DNA from: Styela clava
Taxonomy: Eukaryota
Assembly: GCF_964204865.1 (NCBI RefSeq)
Contig: NC_135258.1
Coordinates: 18,104,001-18,168,000, forward strand
Length of the DNA stretch: 64,000 nt
Direction of reading: 5' to 3'
A model generated the notes under the pieces. That model made no database searches, was not told the origin of the DNA, and saw nothing but the letters and a program-made list of their open reading frames with translations. The position numbers were made by a program, and so were the translations under genes. Positions 12,728 through 59,297 of the stretch are shown here, piece after piece. Every line of letters begins with the position of its first letter. The first letter of the stretch is position 1.

Positions 12728-15700
12728 ATGTATCCATCAAGTTCAACCATAAGGTTGTTGTCTACTTTTAGAAAGTCTTCTTCAATAATAGGTGAGTCAA
12801 GCATTTTCAAACTAACAAATAGGCGCTTTTGGAGTTAATATTAATTTGAAAAGGTAAAGAAAGTAAACTTATCCTCTTTTGAAGTGGGTAAAAATCCAAC
12901 GATCATGAAATATAGAATTTTATTTTTGGTATAGATGTAATATAAATTGATAGAATTTAATTTTGAAACTGATAGTTGATAATACTATTGTAAGATAATG
13001 TTACCTCTTTTTTCCGGGTATTGGGGTTGATGGATTGACGGTGAAAGTGTTAGACTTTAACAGTGTAGGCAGGTTGCGCATCTTGGGTTCAAATTCTGTT
13101 CCCAACACCTTGCCCACATAATAAATTGAGTAGGCAATGGTGAACCGGAAAGATTCCCAATGTCAAAAAATAATAGTTTGTTACATATTGCCAGATAACA
13201 TATACGGTAGGTTTAATATATTTGAAAAGGTAGGCCTACTCAATCCTTAAAATCACAATAACAGAAAAATTAACATGGTTTCACCAGCCTCTCACTATGT
13301 TGTCATCTGTACCAGGCGTATCATTGCACTCAAACTTTCTGCTTTCCTTCAGCATGTGCAGATGTTTCACAACATCCTTGTTGTGCACATACTTGTGCAA
13401 AAAGAAAGATATTATTGAAGCAACATGGTTGCAGGACAAATTTTAAAAGAAAAATCTCTGTGTTTGAAGTTGAAAAAAAGGAAACTTTGAAGTCATTTGC
13501 TAAAGAAATATACAATGCAAAAATTAGTATGGTTAGTCTCATTTTTTGATTTCTAAAGTAAATTAAACATCAATTATACCTGATTTGTTAAAACCTCATA
13601 ATATATCATAGTTTTTGTATATTTCTCATTCAAACAGCTGATTTACTGAAGCCAAAATTAAAAGGGAAATTGGAATTTCATTTTATGATTATTTATTCCA
13701 ATGCTATTTTTATTTTATAGAATTGGGTGTTTCCATATCCAACTCTTGAAGGCAGCAAGGAGTTGAATGAATTTCACGAAAATTTGAAACCAATCAATGA
13801 TTTTTTATCAACATATGAAATTAATTCAAAGAAACTTGATGAAGATGCAGAAATACCTAAAGAATTAGTGGAGGTTTGTTCATTTTTTTCATTTGAGAGT
13901 TGTGAATATAAAATATTTATCTGATTCTTAACTCTGATCCATTAAATAAACGACGGCTCCTGATTTCATGATTGAAGAAGATTTGACTCCAGCTTTGAAC
14001 TTCTTTTTACAGTTGATTAAGTTAGCATTGAACCACAGAGCATTCAAAATTAAAAAAAGAAGATATTTGTAAATTTAAAGTACCTTGATTTTTGAACAAT
14101 CTTTCAGAAATTAAAGAAGCTTGGCTTATTTGGAATGTTAATACCTGAAGAATATGACGGAAAGGGTTTGAGCAACATGAAATTTTTGAAAATATCTGAA
14201 GATTTAGCAAGTGCTGATGCATCTGTTAATATGATGGTAGCCAGTCATAACTTGCTTGGGGCACAAGTATGTTATTCGTTTTATTATAGGTTTGCTTGGA
14301 CAAAAATCAAAGATACAATCAAAGAATATTGGATACAAATCTCTGTTCTTTAATTCATGAGTCAAGTCGCTGAAGTCTGGTCATAGTTTATCCATAGTTA
14401 ATCACAAGTCTAATCTAGTCATTGTAGATTTTGAAAAAACAGTGAAATGTAATAGGCTACATCTGTAATAATAACCGGTTAACTCAATTCAACATATGGC
14501 ATGAAACATTAGCTCCAGACTGTAGTTTGCCATAAAATTTTACCGAATTTTTTTGTCTGAAGCTACGACTTTCTGGCTATTTATTGAGTTCTAGCCAATT
14601 CTCACTTTCATATACCAATACCGATAAAGGAATGTCAAAAATAATGAACCAACCACTTCAATGAATATGTGTGAATAATATTTGAGATTTTTCTATAAGT
14701 TACCATAATATTTGGCATATTTGAGTCTTAATACCCAGTCTTCTGTGCAAACAACACTAGCAAATTACGGTAGTGACTGTATTAGTTTTCTGTCTGACTT
14801 CCAATAATGCCACCAAATTTTAATATTGAAGTTCTATTTTAGCCAATTTTGATGTTTGGAAATGAGGATCAAAAGAAGAAATATTTACCTAAGATGGCAA
14901 GTGGTGAAACTATTGCTGCTTTCTGTTGTAATGAAGCGTCTTGTGGAAGCGACATAAATACTATGCAGTAAGTTCAAAGGTCAGATCTTGGGCCTGCCCT
15001 GAATGTGCCTGAATCAATTGCCAAGTTGTCTTCTATTTTCTATGCGAGGAAATATGGCTGAGATGATAGGTTTGAACAGAAGATGACATATTTTATTGAT
15101 ATTGGAGTTGGAGAGCCATATTTTGTAGTTCATTGAAGTTAAGAGTTGTGGTTGGGATTTCAGACTTCAAGGGTTGTGATTGTGATCATAGTCAAAATCT
15201 TTGCCTAACCAAAAGGAATTGAATTGACTAGGTTTGCATATGTGCTAATTTTCTGTATTTAAAATTTGTTGTTAAAATCTATGGTTTTGTGGAAAATTTC
15301 TAAGTTCATGGACAACTACCCAAACCCTATTCCATTGTATTGGTCTACTGTATGTGCTTTTTATAAATCAGGCAACTGTTTGCCTAGGATTTTGTTCGAA
15401 TCAAGATGCCAACACTTGATTAAATAGCTTACTAATTTGTTTAGAACCAGAGCAACACTCAGTGACGATGGTCAATTTTGGCTTTTGTCTGGTGAAAAAA
15501 CCTCAATAAACAATGCTGATATTGCTGATGTTTTTATTGTTTTTGCTAAAACCGAAGTGGTTGATGTTGGTGGAGAAATCAAAGATATTGTAAGTGTTTT
15601 TTATTGCAATGTCCATATTGAATTGTTGAAAAATATGACAAAATGACAAATGGAAGCAATTGTATAATTCTTTACCCGTTGAATTCACTATGATAGAAAT

Positions 15701-18700
15701 TTATTATACAATATTTTTGACTTTACCTAATAGAGACAAGATGTAGTATCATCCTTTATCATAATGTATTCATATTCAGATAGCAGCATTTATTGTTGAA
15801 CAAAATTTTGGGAGAATTCATATTGGTCCTCAGGAAGATAAAATGGGAATGAGAGCTTTAAATAGTAAGTTGTTGTATTAACAATTTGTATAAGGCAGTG
15901 CTCTTTCATAGCTTCCCTATATCATTCTCCTAGTGATAATTCAATCCCAATTTTTTTCAATATTAGATTGTACTAGTCCCGTTCCATTTGCTCTACATCT
16001 TGAATTAATAATTATTTCTAATCAGACTCACTGCATAACATACCAAATTTGATTTCAGCCTCTGATATTATATTCGATCAAACTCCAGTTCCAGTTGGAA
16101 ATATGATTGGTGAAGTGAGAGATGGATTCAAGATTGCTACAGATACTTTGAATTATGCGAGGTACAGTGCATAAAGCCTATTTATACCAAAATCTATTTG
16201 AATGCTTGTAGCTTTTTTTATATTTATATCAAGGATTCAAGGCAAGTTTTAACTTCTTCAATCTCTTGGGATACGACATAGTTTGGCTTTTCGAATTTAT
16301 TAGCCATTTTCTAATTTGGATCCTTTTATGTAGGCTGATAATACGGCTTATTCACATGGCGAACCACAGCCTCTTATCCGGTTACCAGTCCATGTCGGAT
16401 ATGGGATTAGTTAGCTGTTATTTGCTTTCAGATGCATAGACTTGATTGTGGAGGAAGCCGTAACTAACCAGCGGTTACGTGAACCACCTATGGCGCCAGC
16501 AATCTTCTCGCACATAATGAACCCCGCATGGGATAACTCACGCAGGGTAATCATAGGTGTGGTGGTGAGTGTATTCCTAACCCAAAAGCCCAAAAACTCT
16601 CAAGGAAATACGCCATGTTGTTTTGTGTATGATTTCCAATAAAAGGCTACTAAAATAAAAGTTTTATAATCTCCGTCATCTTCGTAGGTTGGGACTTGTT
16701 GCTGGTATGATAGGACCTATGAGAGATGCAGTACAATTCTCACTTGCCTTCAATAGTCAACGAAAACAGTTCGGGAGACGATTGGAAGATTTTGAACTTG
16801 CTAAAGAACGAATATTCAGAATGAATTCCAACATATATCTAATGGAAAGTGTAGCTTACCTAACAATGGGAAAATATGACCAAGCAGTCGAAGAAGACAA
16901 AATCCCTGATCTTTCCGTAGAATCTGCTATAAGCAAGGCTGGTATATTTTGTAATTTGTTTTCAATACATTTTGTGAAATGTGCTAATCTAAAAGTTGAA
17001 ACTGCACTATTGAAACAAGTAATATTATTTTACTCAAGAATTTGTTACACAACCTTAGCTTAGTGGGTACGACAACTTTAGTCCATCAGATATTTTTGCT
17101 CCAGGCTCCTATCTTACCCAGATTAATATGGCCTATGGTGAACTGCAAAAATTCCAGTCTCTTTAAATATTAGTAATTCTCTTCAATACATACAAGTAGC
17201 TACATGTTTGGAGTAATGGCAGGAATGAAAACAAAAAACGAGATAACAGTGTATGAATATGAAATCTTTTAATATTAGGCTAAAGTCTCGTAAATATATA
17301 CCATTTGCTGAACAAGAGTTCAATGAAATTGGGAAAATTGGCATGGCAGCATATGTCCGCAACTCTGCAGAATCGGGGTTGAAACAATGGGCTTCAAGTT
17401 ATGGCAAATATTTTTTTATGCAAAAGATACCATTTATATACTCTATTCGTATTATAAAATTGGACATTAATAAATTAACAGGTATTCTGTGCTCAGAAAG
17501 CACAAGAAATAGCTAATGATTATGTTGAATTGTTCGGTTATCGAGGATATACAAGAAATTTTCCATGCGAGCGTTTGTTCAGAGACAGCAAAATGTTATC
17601 GCTGTCAGAGGTATTATTAAAACTTATTAAAATTTTTAGGTAAAATACATAATATTATAATATACTGGTAATCTATGGCAATTATCAGTTCAGAATAATG
17701 AACATTTCCCAGGTTGTAGTTATTGCTCCTTGAAATCGCTATGTAACAGTGTTCAATTACCCTAAAGCATTGGTTCTTAACCGGTAAAACATCAAACAAA
17801 TTTTGCGGGAGAATAGAATTCATCAGCCAATGGTATAGATATAGTGAACATAATCTTGAGAAAAGATGAAGATTTTGAATTCAACTACTTAGTAATGGAT
17901 CGGTCTTGTATTTTACAATTGAGATATAAAGTTTGAATATATATGTTGACTGGCAGGAAAGTAGACACGAACAGGGAATCCAGCGCTTAAGCATTATTCC
18001 TATGAAATATAATGTGGAATTCTGATCATTAGGCGTGATAAAACCCGTGGCATTCTAGCAAGAAATGAAACCTTTTGACACATAAAATCTATTTATCGTT
18101 TCACAGGGAACTGAAGATGTTTTAAAGCTGTATATTGCATTGTGTGGCTTGCAGAATGCAGAAGGATACTTAGATAAAAGACTAAGGTATAAAGATTTGG
18201 TTGTTTCTGATGCTCGTTTGTATTGGGAATGTCATCATTTCAGCTCAATTCAGGTCCATATTAGAAAAGCCAGCTGGTCTATTAAACATCCCAGTTGCAC
18301 AATTCGGCCTGCCAGGGAAAACTTACTTTCCCTCATCTTCAAGCTAATAATTCTCTTGGCACTTTGTATTCATCGAATAAGTATTTGTATTGAATTATTA
18401 TCAATGTTGTATCAAGCTTCTTTATATGTGTTAGTGATGCATCTCTTTAAAAATTAATGAAAGTTTTGGTTCTTGCTTAATTTTTGAACACAAAGCGGCC
18501 CTATGAATCGATTTGTTAATAAACTGATGTTGTCATCGTTTTTTTTTTTTCAGAAATTTATGGTCAAATCTATTTTTGAATTTCAGCACTTGAAGATGGT
18601 GAAATTTGCTAGAAGATTATTACTTTTCCCAGGCATTTTAACATTTGTCTGTAATTGTGCTGTCATTGTGGTAATCATATTAGTAATTTGACTGTTAGGT

Positions 18701-20507
18701 CCATGTACTGGTATACATACATATCTATATATATATATGAGCATTGCTTTGTTTATGTATAGGTCACTGTTTATTTAACCTTTTCTTCTCTTAGCTTGAT
18801 TTGTTTCAAATTTTCAGAAATCGAAAGATCGGAACTGTACGACAGCAAATAAGCTCCTTATTTGATGAGTTTCGAGATCACCGTAGTAATGACCATATCA
18901 AAAAAGGGTTTGGGCAGAAAAAAATCCCTTCATTTGGTCTAACAACAGATTCTAAAACAAAAACGTGGCTCGATCCAAGATTGAAGGAATGTGCATTGAC
19001 AATAGAAAGATTATTGCTAAGCTTTTACCGTAAAGTTTACAGAAATATAGAATATTTTGGAAATGTGAGAAATTATTTTTTTTGACAATTAAAATCATAT
19101 AGTAATGACTCCGTTCAATGAATCAAGTGGAAAATTATTACTATTGTCTGTTTCATTTAGTTCATGGCAATATGACAGATGTAAACCCAATGAATTCGTT
19201 TTAGTTTTCCTGACAGCAATGAAATATTTTATTATGTGCACAATGAACACTGATTATAGTATAGGGATACTGAATACTCGGGATGGTTAAAACCAAGTCT
19301 ACTGTTCTGAATACATATTATAATAATATTATCTATTTTAATTATACTTTAAAATAGGACATGTTCGAAGTAGAATATGTAGAAGTAAATTTATGTTCAG
19401 CAAGTTTGAATTTGGAAATTCAATAAGGTTGAAATAAAAGGATTTGATTGGCTGTTAATTTTTATACATGTTGTGAGACGATAATTGCTCGAAACTTTTT
19501 TTTTCGAATGCATTCCATTTCCTCTATTTTAAGCTGTTCCTATACAATTATATAAAATGAACTATCACTTGCTCCTGTATATTTACCGTAAGTCTGCGAG
19601 CATCATCTTCCTGGGGTTTGGAATTTGGAATCTATTACATATATTTGATTCCTTTTAGACATTCCTACTGGACACTATACCATTATAGTTTTTTTTTCAA
19701 CCAACTGTCTATGCAAGCTTATATTGGTATTATCATATTTACCAGGATAAAGGTTGTGGTTTGTCACAGAATAAAACCATGATTCCCAATTCACAGGGTG
19801 ATTATGAAATCAAATTCTTCGTTCTAGGGAATTAATGAAGAACAAATTCGTTTACGGAAACTTGCTGAAATTACAATAGCTTTATACTCGTTGCTTGCTA
19901 CCATGTCTCGATGCAACAAAACATTAATTCTAGGATTGCGTCGATCTGACACAGAGTATAGGACCATGGTAGCGCATCTGCATGTTGCTTATCGTGAAGT
20001 TGGACATTTACTTGAAGAACTTGAAAGTAAGTACTTGTCCTTGGGGCTGTGTGTGAATGTAATTTGCAAAAAATACCTGCTATTTGCATATGATAGAAGT
20101 GAAATTACAACAGTGCCAAGCATATTCTGCATATACTTTCAATGAGAAATTGCCTAAAGCAAGGTCACACCTGCCTACTCAGAAGTAAAGGAGTTTAGAC
20201 TCTGATTGGTGAAACATTTGGCCACATTTAAAAGTTGTATATTTGAAAGCAATCATTTCAAATAAAACAGTTGCTGTTTGCTATCATTGAATTTAAATGA
20301 GTTGTGCACATATACAGTCATACTTGATACACAATTATGTTTTAAGAAAATTTTGGAAGTCCAACAAATGATTTGAGAAGAATTTGTAAAGATCTCATCG
20401 ATGAACGAAGATATTTTATTGCACATCCACTCGAATTAGAACACAGATATTTGGAAAATCCTATTTATCTTCAGCATTTTGTAAATGTTAAAAGTTTGTC
20501 TGAATAA
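12728..20507 (+). CDS. ACAD9: ACAD9-like acyl-CoA dehydrogenase / complex I assembly factor, mitochondrial, 14 exons
   Basis: Exons 12728-12791, 13353-13531, 13721-13873, 14108-14266, 14843-14967, 15445-15589, 15780-15864, 16059-16162, 16688-16937, 17482-17610, 18107-18186, 18818-19064, 19828-20026, 20347-20507 join in frame. Motifs [47 protein letters not shown] and C-terminal AHPL. Ser/Arg-rich presequence; the stop overlaps AATAAA. The start exon is less certain. Confidence 0.9.
16333..16595 (-). mobile_element. SINE family copy in ACAD9 intron 8
   Basis: Shares ggcgaaccac.gcctctt...ggttaccagtcca...atgggattagttagc with the copies at 27626-27890, 28950-29087 and 39040-39170. Contains a GGCTTCCTCCAC core. 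Confidence 0.7.
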
Positions 20508-20706
20508 ACGTTTTTTCCTCATTCTATTGTCTGAGTTTTGAAACAAGTAATCAAGTTACATTTGGAATCATTAGGTTGTAGCAGCCAGTATATAGAACCA
20601 CCCATCTCTTGAAAATGGGTTGAATACACACAACCCCGGATTTTTGTGTGTGGGCAACAGCAATGACACATTGGCTCCTGTCCTGCATGTTGGACTCTGT
20701 TTGCAG

Positions 20707-20808
20707 CAAACTGTTTTTGATTGGAAACTACTGTATGCACAAAAAGTCATCTATAGTTATCCAAACTGTTTTTGATTGGAAACAACTGTATGCACAAAAA
20801 GTTATCTA
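20707..20808. repeat. Tandem duplication, 55-bp unit, about two copies
   Basis: caaactgtttttgattggaaac...gcacaaaaagt occurs at 20707 and 20762. Confidence 0.9.
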
Positions 20809-22516
20809 AGCTCATGTTTTGGTCTAGATTGATGCAATAGATCTAGTCAGAATTTGAAAGTAAAGGGTTCTCGATTAAATGAGAAGACTATGGTTTACGA
20901 AACGCTGCGCGATATGTTTTAAGGTGCTATGTTAGTGGCCATTTATATGGGCCGGGGATGCAGTTTGAGGTATGTGCAAGAGTTCTTGCTTTGGAAGCCA
21001 TCAAGTAATGATTCTGGATCATTCAATTGCTCACGGTATGAGTAAATATATCATCTTGTCGAAACTTCCCTGGTTAACTTTCCAAATATTACTTTTGAGT
21101 TGATTTAAATTTCTGGCAAGTCTTGTTACGACTGGAAAAGGCTTTCTTTCTAAGCAGCAAGCGTACAAATTTAGGCAACCCACTATGCTTCACAGCCCAT
21201 GGCAGCCCGTAAGAAGGTTCGCACAAATGCATTCGCAATAACTTTTGCCAATTTAAAAGGTTATATACTTCAAGGTACTAGTAGACTGAAATTATGTGAA
21301 TTTATTTTAAAACTCTTGAATCTTTACAAGCAGTCTTGGGTTTCTTTGATATACGCTAAGTCAAGTGACGCTTGTCCAACACACATGTTGCAGCGTTCCT
21401 CAACAGGATTACAATTTTCCTTTTCATTTGTGAGGGAGAGTTCTATATTAATCTTTTTAGTATTACGGTAATAAGTATTTGTGCACAAAAATTCAAACTA
21501 TACCAAAACAGAGAGTTGCGTATATCCTTGGTGATATACGTTGAAGATTAAACAACTAAAACTTAGTTCATGCATGGGGAAGGAGAAGTTTGGGAGTCAT
21601 TACACTACTTACCGTACATGTTGGGGAATAATTTTGATATTTAGACTTATCACAATCTTCGTAGAAGTGAACTTCATGTTTTAGTGAACAAGCAAAGTTT
21701 CAGACAAGGCGTAATTTATTTGTTTCAATCAATGCCCCACAATGGAACAAGAAAATCAGCATAACATGGATAAATATAACAAATGAAAAAGGAAGTAAGG
21801 ACTTAATAAATTAGAAATATTAAAGAAAATAAAAACTGCTCACGATGAGCACATGATTTATCACATTCTAACAATGCATGTAGATTAGATGAGAAAGGTA
21901 TTCGCTTTCCATTTTTAGATAATTTTTCTTTACAGTATTGCTAAGGATGCTAGGAACATATATTAGAGTACTACATATGCCAATTGGAAACATAGGATTT
22001 CAATTCTTTCTCTCTAATTACATCTGCCTAGGTGAAAGATCACAATTGAAAAAAGATAAACAAACATCTCCTTGAGAGTATGTAAATGAAAGTTTCAAAC
22101 ATTTTTCAACAAAAGTAGGCAATACACAAGTAAAATTCAGCGGAATATAAGATATAAAAGAAAGTTGATAATTAAAACATTTTGTGTAGAAACAAGTAAA
22201 ATAATATACGAAGGTAAAATATTTAGAAAAAGTAAATAAACTACATAAAACACATTAAAATTGATATTCATAACATTAGACAAAGAAAAAAATATAAGCA
22301 AATCAAGGTAGAAACGAAAAATATGTGGAACATGATTAGAAAACGCCATGGCAATCAGCTTCTTTTATTCAGTACATATGACGACAGACTGTTTTAACGC
22401 AGAACTAGGGTTACTTCATAAATAAAGATTGCACAGAATATGAACAAGAATACATACTTCCATGGAGTACAAAAACAGCTGGGTTCAATTTTTGAACCGA
22501 GGCATGAACAATTACA

Positions 22517-55076
<32,560 letters not shown>

Positions 55077-58000
55077 TCTAGTAATCCGACCAAAATGAAG
55101 AATGCGTCGTTTTGCTTACAAAAGTAAATAGATTCTGCAATGACAACACGAATTTTTGTTGGATACTATACCTTCGATTAGATTATTGCAACTGCATAAT
55201 AATAAAATAACACTCCGATCTAAAAACCTAGTCCTTATACAACAACGATGTGAACTCAACTGCCCACTACCTCGGTGACTTATTAAGGTTACGGGGCAAC
55301 ATTTAGAAGAGATTTTGATTCGAAAAATTCCAAGTGATTGGAGCAATAAATATTCTGCTAAATCCGTACCACGAGTTTTGTGGATATCGCCAAGTATATA
55401 CAGTATATACTAAAAGATTGGCGAATTTATTGCGCCTAAATTAAACGGTACCAATGATTCTAATGTAATGTTGTGATTCGTGGTCTATTATAAAACCAAC
55501 TGCGTCCATACATCTGGAGCAATTGATTAAAAAAGTTAATATAACAAATCATAAAATATAATGTATTATAATATCAAAAAACAATCGCATATTCACCTTG
55601 CTTATTTGTGTAGATGATAAGACGCTATAATTCCCAACCAAGTATTCTAACGTAAATTAAAACAACGGAACTCCTCATCGGTGCCTGTCAGAGACCACGT
55701 ATAGCACGCCAACAAGTACAAATGTGACAACTAGACGTCACGTGATAGATAAAATAAACGCGTTTGTGATAATTTACCAATTACCCTTCTCAGATTGGCG
55801 GGAGTGTGGTGAGGTTGCATTGGCATTGTGCAGGCATTTTATTGACGGTGATATATGATATTTTTATACCCGATAATGCCAAGTGTTAATTCAGAGGATC
55901 ATTTTTCACAAGATTTTAAAACTCCCATATAATATTAGTGTTAAAAAGGAGCACACAAATTTTTGATCCCTTTATTTCGAATCGTTTAACGATTCCACGG
56001 TTTACGCTATTTAGGAATATGTACAATAATACTTCCGTCGATTTAGTCTATTTTAGTTGGCAGACTTCAATACAACAGTTTAAAAAAACATTACATATAT
56101 ATGTACAATTTCTTTAATATGCACAATCATATGAGCCCTGTTCCATTTGGTTGAGGGCTAAAATCCGGATTCTTAATGTGGCTTTCGTAATTTTCGCAAG
56201 TTTTTTTCTATACTTCATATGTTGACCATTTTAGTATCTGCTATATTCATGTTGTATCTCAATCGCTAGCAAAAGTTTTCACTTATAATCTCAACGCCTT
56301 TCTCGGTTTAGGATTACGTCTTGGCGGCTTTTTTGGCGATTGCGGAAACAACGTCTCTTTGTTGTCTGTATAGTTTGGTCATACTCTTTAAAAAACACGC
56401 TTGACAATAATCCTCTTCTGGATTAGCGGACACTGAGGGTGAACTCGAGTAAAAATATTTTTTTTTCGTAATTGAGCGGGTCTCATTTTAAAAATTATGT
56501 TAATTACTTCTTTATTCGTGCTAGCAATTTCGTGCTCTAGGAGTCTAGGTGAAGCGCTCTAACACGAAGTATACTCTTATTCTATTATTCTCCCATTCTA
56601 TTATTATGCTGCATATGATTTTAGGAGGAAGAACAGCCAAAGCGATATATTCCAAACATTAATAAACGGAAGCGAATTAGTTCGCCGAATTTAAAAGCGT
56701 GTAAAGCTTTGAGAATGGAATTGAGACCGAAGTGCTGATTTTCAATTCAGATTAGCGATTATTGTGTAAATGCGTGAGTACCACGTGGAATCATCATCTG
56801 ATTTTCAGTATATCTTAGGCACGGTAATATTAACGTTGTTTGTGTTTATTTCATCAATTCTTTGATAAAAAAAACACGAATGGAGATTGACGTACAATTG
56901 ATTAAAAACAATCGCACGTGAATTGAGATAACGGGATAACAAAACGAAGTAATCGGCATACCTTTAAATCATATAACTGTCAAGTCCCAGTGATATAATT
57001 TACAATCGCAATAAATAACCGTGACATTGCGATTTTTTCGTGCGTTATTCTGATAATTCTTGTTCCCTGTCACGCAGTTCTCAAATACAAACGTTTACCT
57101 TTCCACAACCCTTTTCCCAACAAAACAAAAACAATAGTTGGATCATATATGGACACGGGAGAAATTAAATAAAACATATTGAGACAACTGTGCATTTTCA
57201 AGAGTAAAATAATGACATCAAATATCCTTATAAATAAAAAACCCCGGTCTTTTTTGTTCCAATTGCAAAAAGTAGTGCCGACTGTGTCCATTTCATGATG
57301 TTCGTACGCCAGATGCTGCATCGATTACACTCCGGCAAAGTAAGGGATCGTAATAAATGTAGTATAACACAAAACTATCGAAAAAGACATTTTTATTCTT
57401 CCGCTCGGTATGAATTTTTTATGACATTTCGAGGTAAAAACAGATTATTACTAATCGCAACCGCTTCGTGTATAGAGGAAACGAGTTGATGTATGCTGCC
57501 TGCAACGCTATAGAATATTGCCAGAAAATGATCGTCAAAACAAATGTTGAGAATAGTCAGCAATGGTTTACATGCGCGATATATTCGTTTCTGGTGTTTA
57601 TGTAAAACTTTTCCTAAATCGTGGACACCTTCACTTTTGTATGAACCGTATAAAAGGTAAAAATTGATTGATAGACAGACCTAAAAGTGCTGATAATGCA
57701 AGAGATAAATCAATCATGATCAAGGCTTGACGTCATCAAGTAAAAAGTGATTAATGCAATTTTTCGCCATATCCTCGATAATGTCCGATGCTTATCGTGT
57801 GCTACGTAGAAGTTTAAATGACCATACTTCCGTTAATCTTCCCTAAAAGTCAACAAACGGCGCTCATTGTTTCTCACACTTATGTCACAAACTTTTAAGA
57901 GTAGTCGTCATATAATCCGTCTTAAGGTCCAATTAATTCGCACCGCGGCCGATTAAGTTACAAAGAAAGTTTTAATGGCAGCAATTGGTTTCCCCGCTGA

Positions 58001-58568
58001 GTTCGCGACTTCTGACCGCGTTACGTAAAGGCTGGTTTGGCGCCAGTCAAGCGTGTCTCCAAGTGACGCATTTAAAAACCTCAGTCTGGGCTCGTATTGT
58101 GGCAGTGAGAGTCTATGTATGGTAAAGTGTTGTGTTAGCGCTCTGTACGCTCGAATGACGGAAAAGCCATCGACTTATCGATCAGCTTTCGTTACACGGA
58201 GGCTAAGCTCATGCATATTTATTTGCTATTGGAGCGAAGTAGTAATATTCAGCAGTTCCAGCGTTTATCGCACTATACTTCGTACTGTAAACGCCCCGGG
58301 GAATATATTTATGTCTTATATTTAATGTAAGTCTGTTTTGAAGGGTTAGTAAAAGCCTATCATCATCTGTACTTGTTCTGTTCGCTTCACAGGGTTAAAT
58401 ATTTTAACTAGGCTATCGTATTCGCCATTCCAGCAGTTTGTATTGGAAGTATACACGGAATAGTAATGTACTAAAGGAGATCATTTTGCAAGGAAACGAA
58501 TTTCTGAATTTAAGAAAAGGTGTATATATACCACTTTCTTCAGTACCGGACCAAATTTTACATTCACG

Positions 58569-59297
58569 ATGGATATGAAGGAACTGAGAAAACAGTGTTC
58601 AACACGAAGATATATTTATGAAGGACATGGAGCACTAAAGCATGACAAAACATTGATTTTACACAAATCAGAAAGTTGCAGAAACGATACAATTTTATTA
58701 CGGTTATGCAAAAGATTAAGTGGACGTATTGCATATTCATCGTGTTTTAGAGGAAAACTTTTCGTCGCCACAATTTTTGCGCTCACTGCCATATTTTGTT
58801 ATTTTAATTTATTTTCTTCATATATGCCGCGAACTTGCCAATTTTTAAACATCAGAAGCTACAGAAAAGTAAAAGCCACCGAAAATGAAACCATTTTTCT
58901 TCGGACTCTCAGTGCTTTGTCAGAAAGCAATCTTGAATTGGCGCCATCTTTTCACCAAGGCGATGAAATCGTCAGCACTTTTACGAAACAGGTGGCAAAA
59001 GATATGTGGAGGGCAGGTTTTACCGCGAGTCTTTTACAAAGACTTCATTCCACACCTTTGGGACCTAACACTGTGCTTAAGAAATACGGCGCCGACACAA
59101 GTACTGTCGCAACACAAGCGATTAAATTTCGCCATGATCCATCCGTAAAGGCTGATTACTTCAAGACCCAGTTTCAAGAAGTTTCTATAACTAAAAATGG
59201 GGAACCGATACACACAGAGACGGTTTACCAATATTCCGAAGACAATTCTTTAATATCAAGGATAGTAAAAACTGGTCGCTTGGTAAACATAGACTAA
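58569..59297 (+). CDS. Uncharacterised intronless protein, 242 aa, probable type II single-pass membrane protein
   Basis: Long ORF in AT-rich DNA with a basic N-terminus, hydrophobic LFVATIFALTAIFCYFNLF segment and downstream NET sequon. Upstream acceptor ttcgcttcacag near 58392. No family recognised. Confidence 0.7.
   Translation: MDMKELRKQCSTRRYIYEGHGALKHDKTLILHKSESCRNDTILLRLCKRLSGRIAYSSCFRGKLFVATIFALTAIFCYFNLFSSYMPRTCQFLNIRSYRKVKATENETIFLRTLSALSESNLELAPSFHQGDEIVSTFTKQVAKDMWRAGFTASLLQRLHSTPLGPNTVLKKYGADTSTVATQAIKFRHDPSVKADYFKTQFQEVSITKNGEPIHTETVYQYSEDNSLISRIVKTGRLVNID

Noticed and set aside
17253-17516. 87-aa ORF as an extra ACAD9 exon
   Set aside because: No ACAD similarity; the flanking exons join seamlessly by homology.
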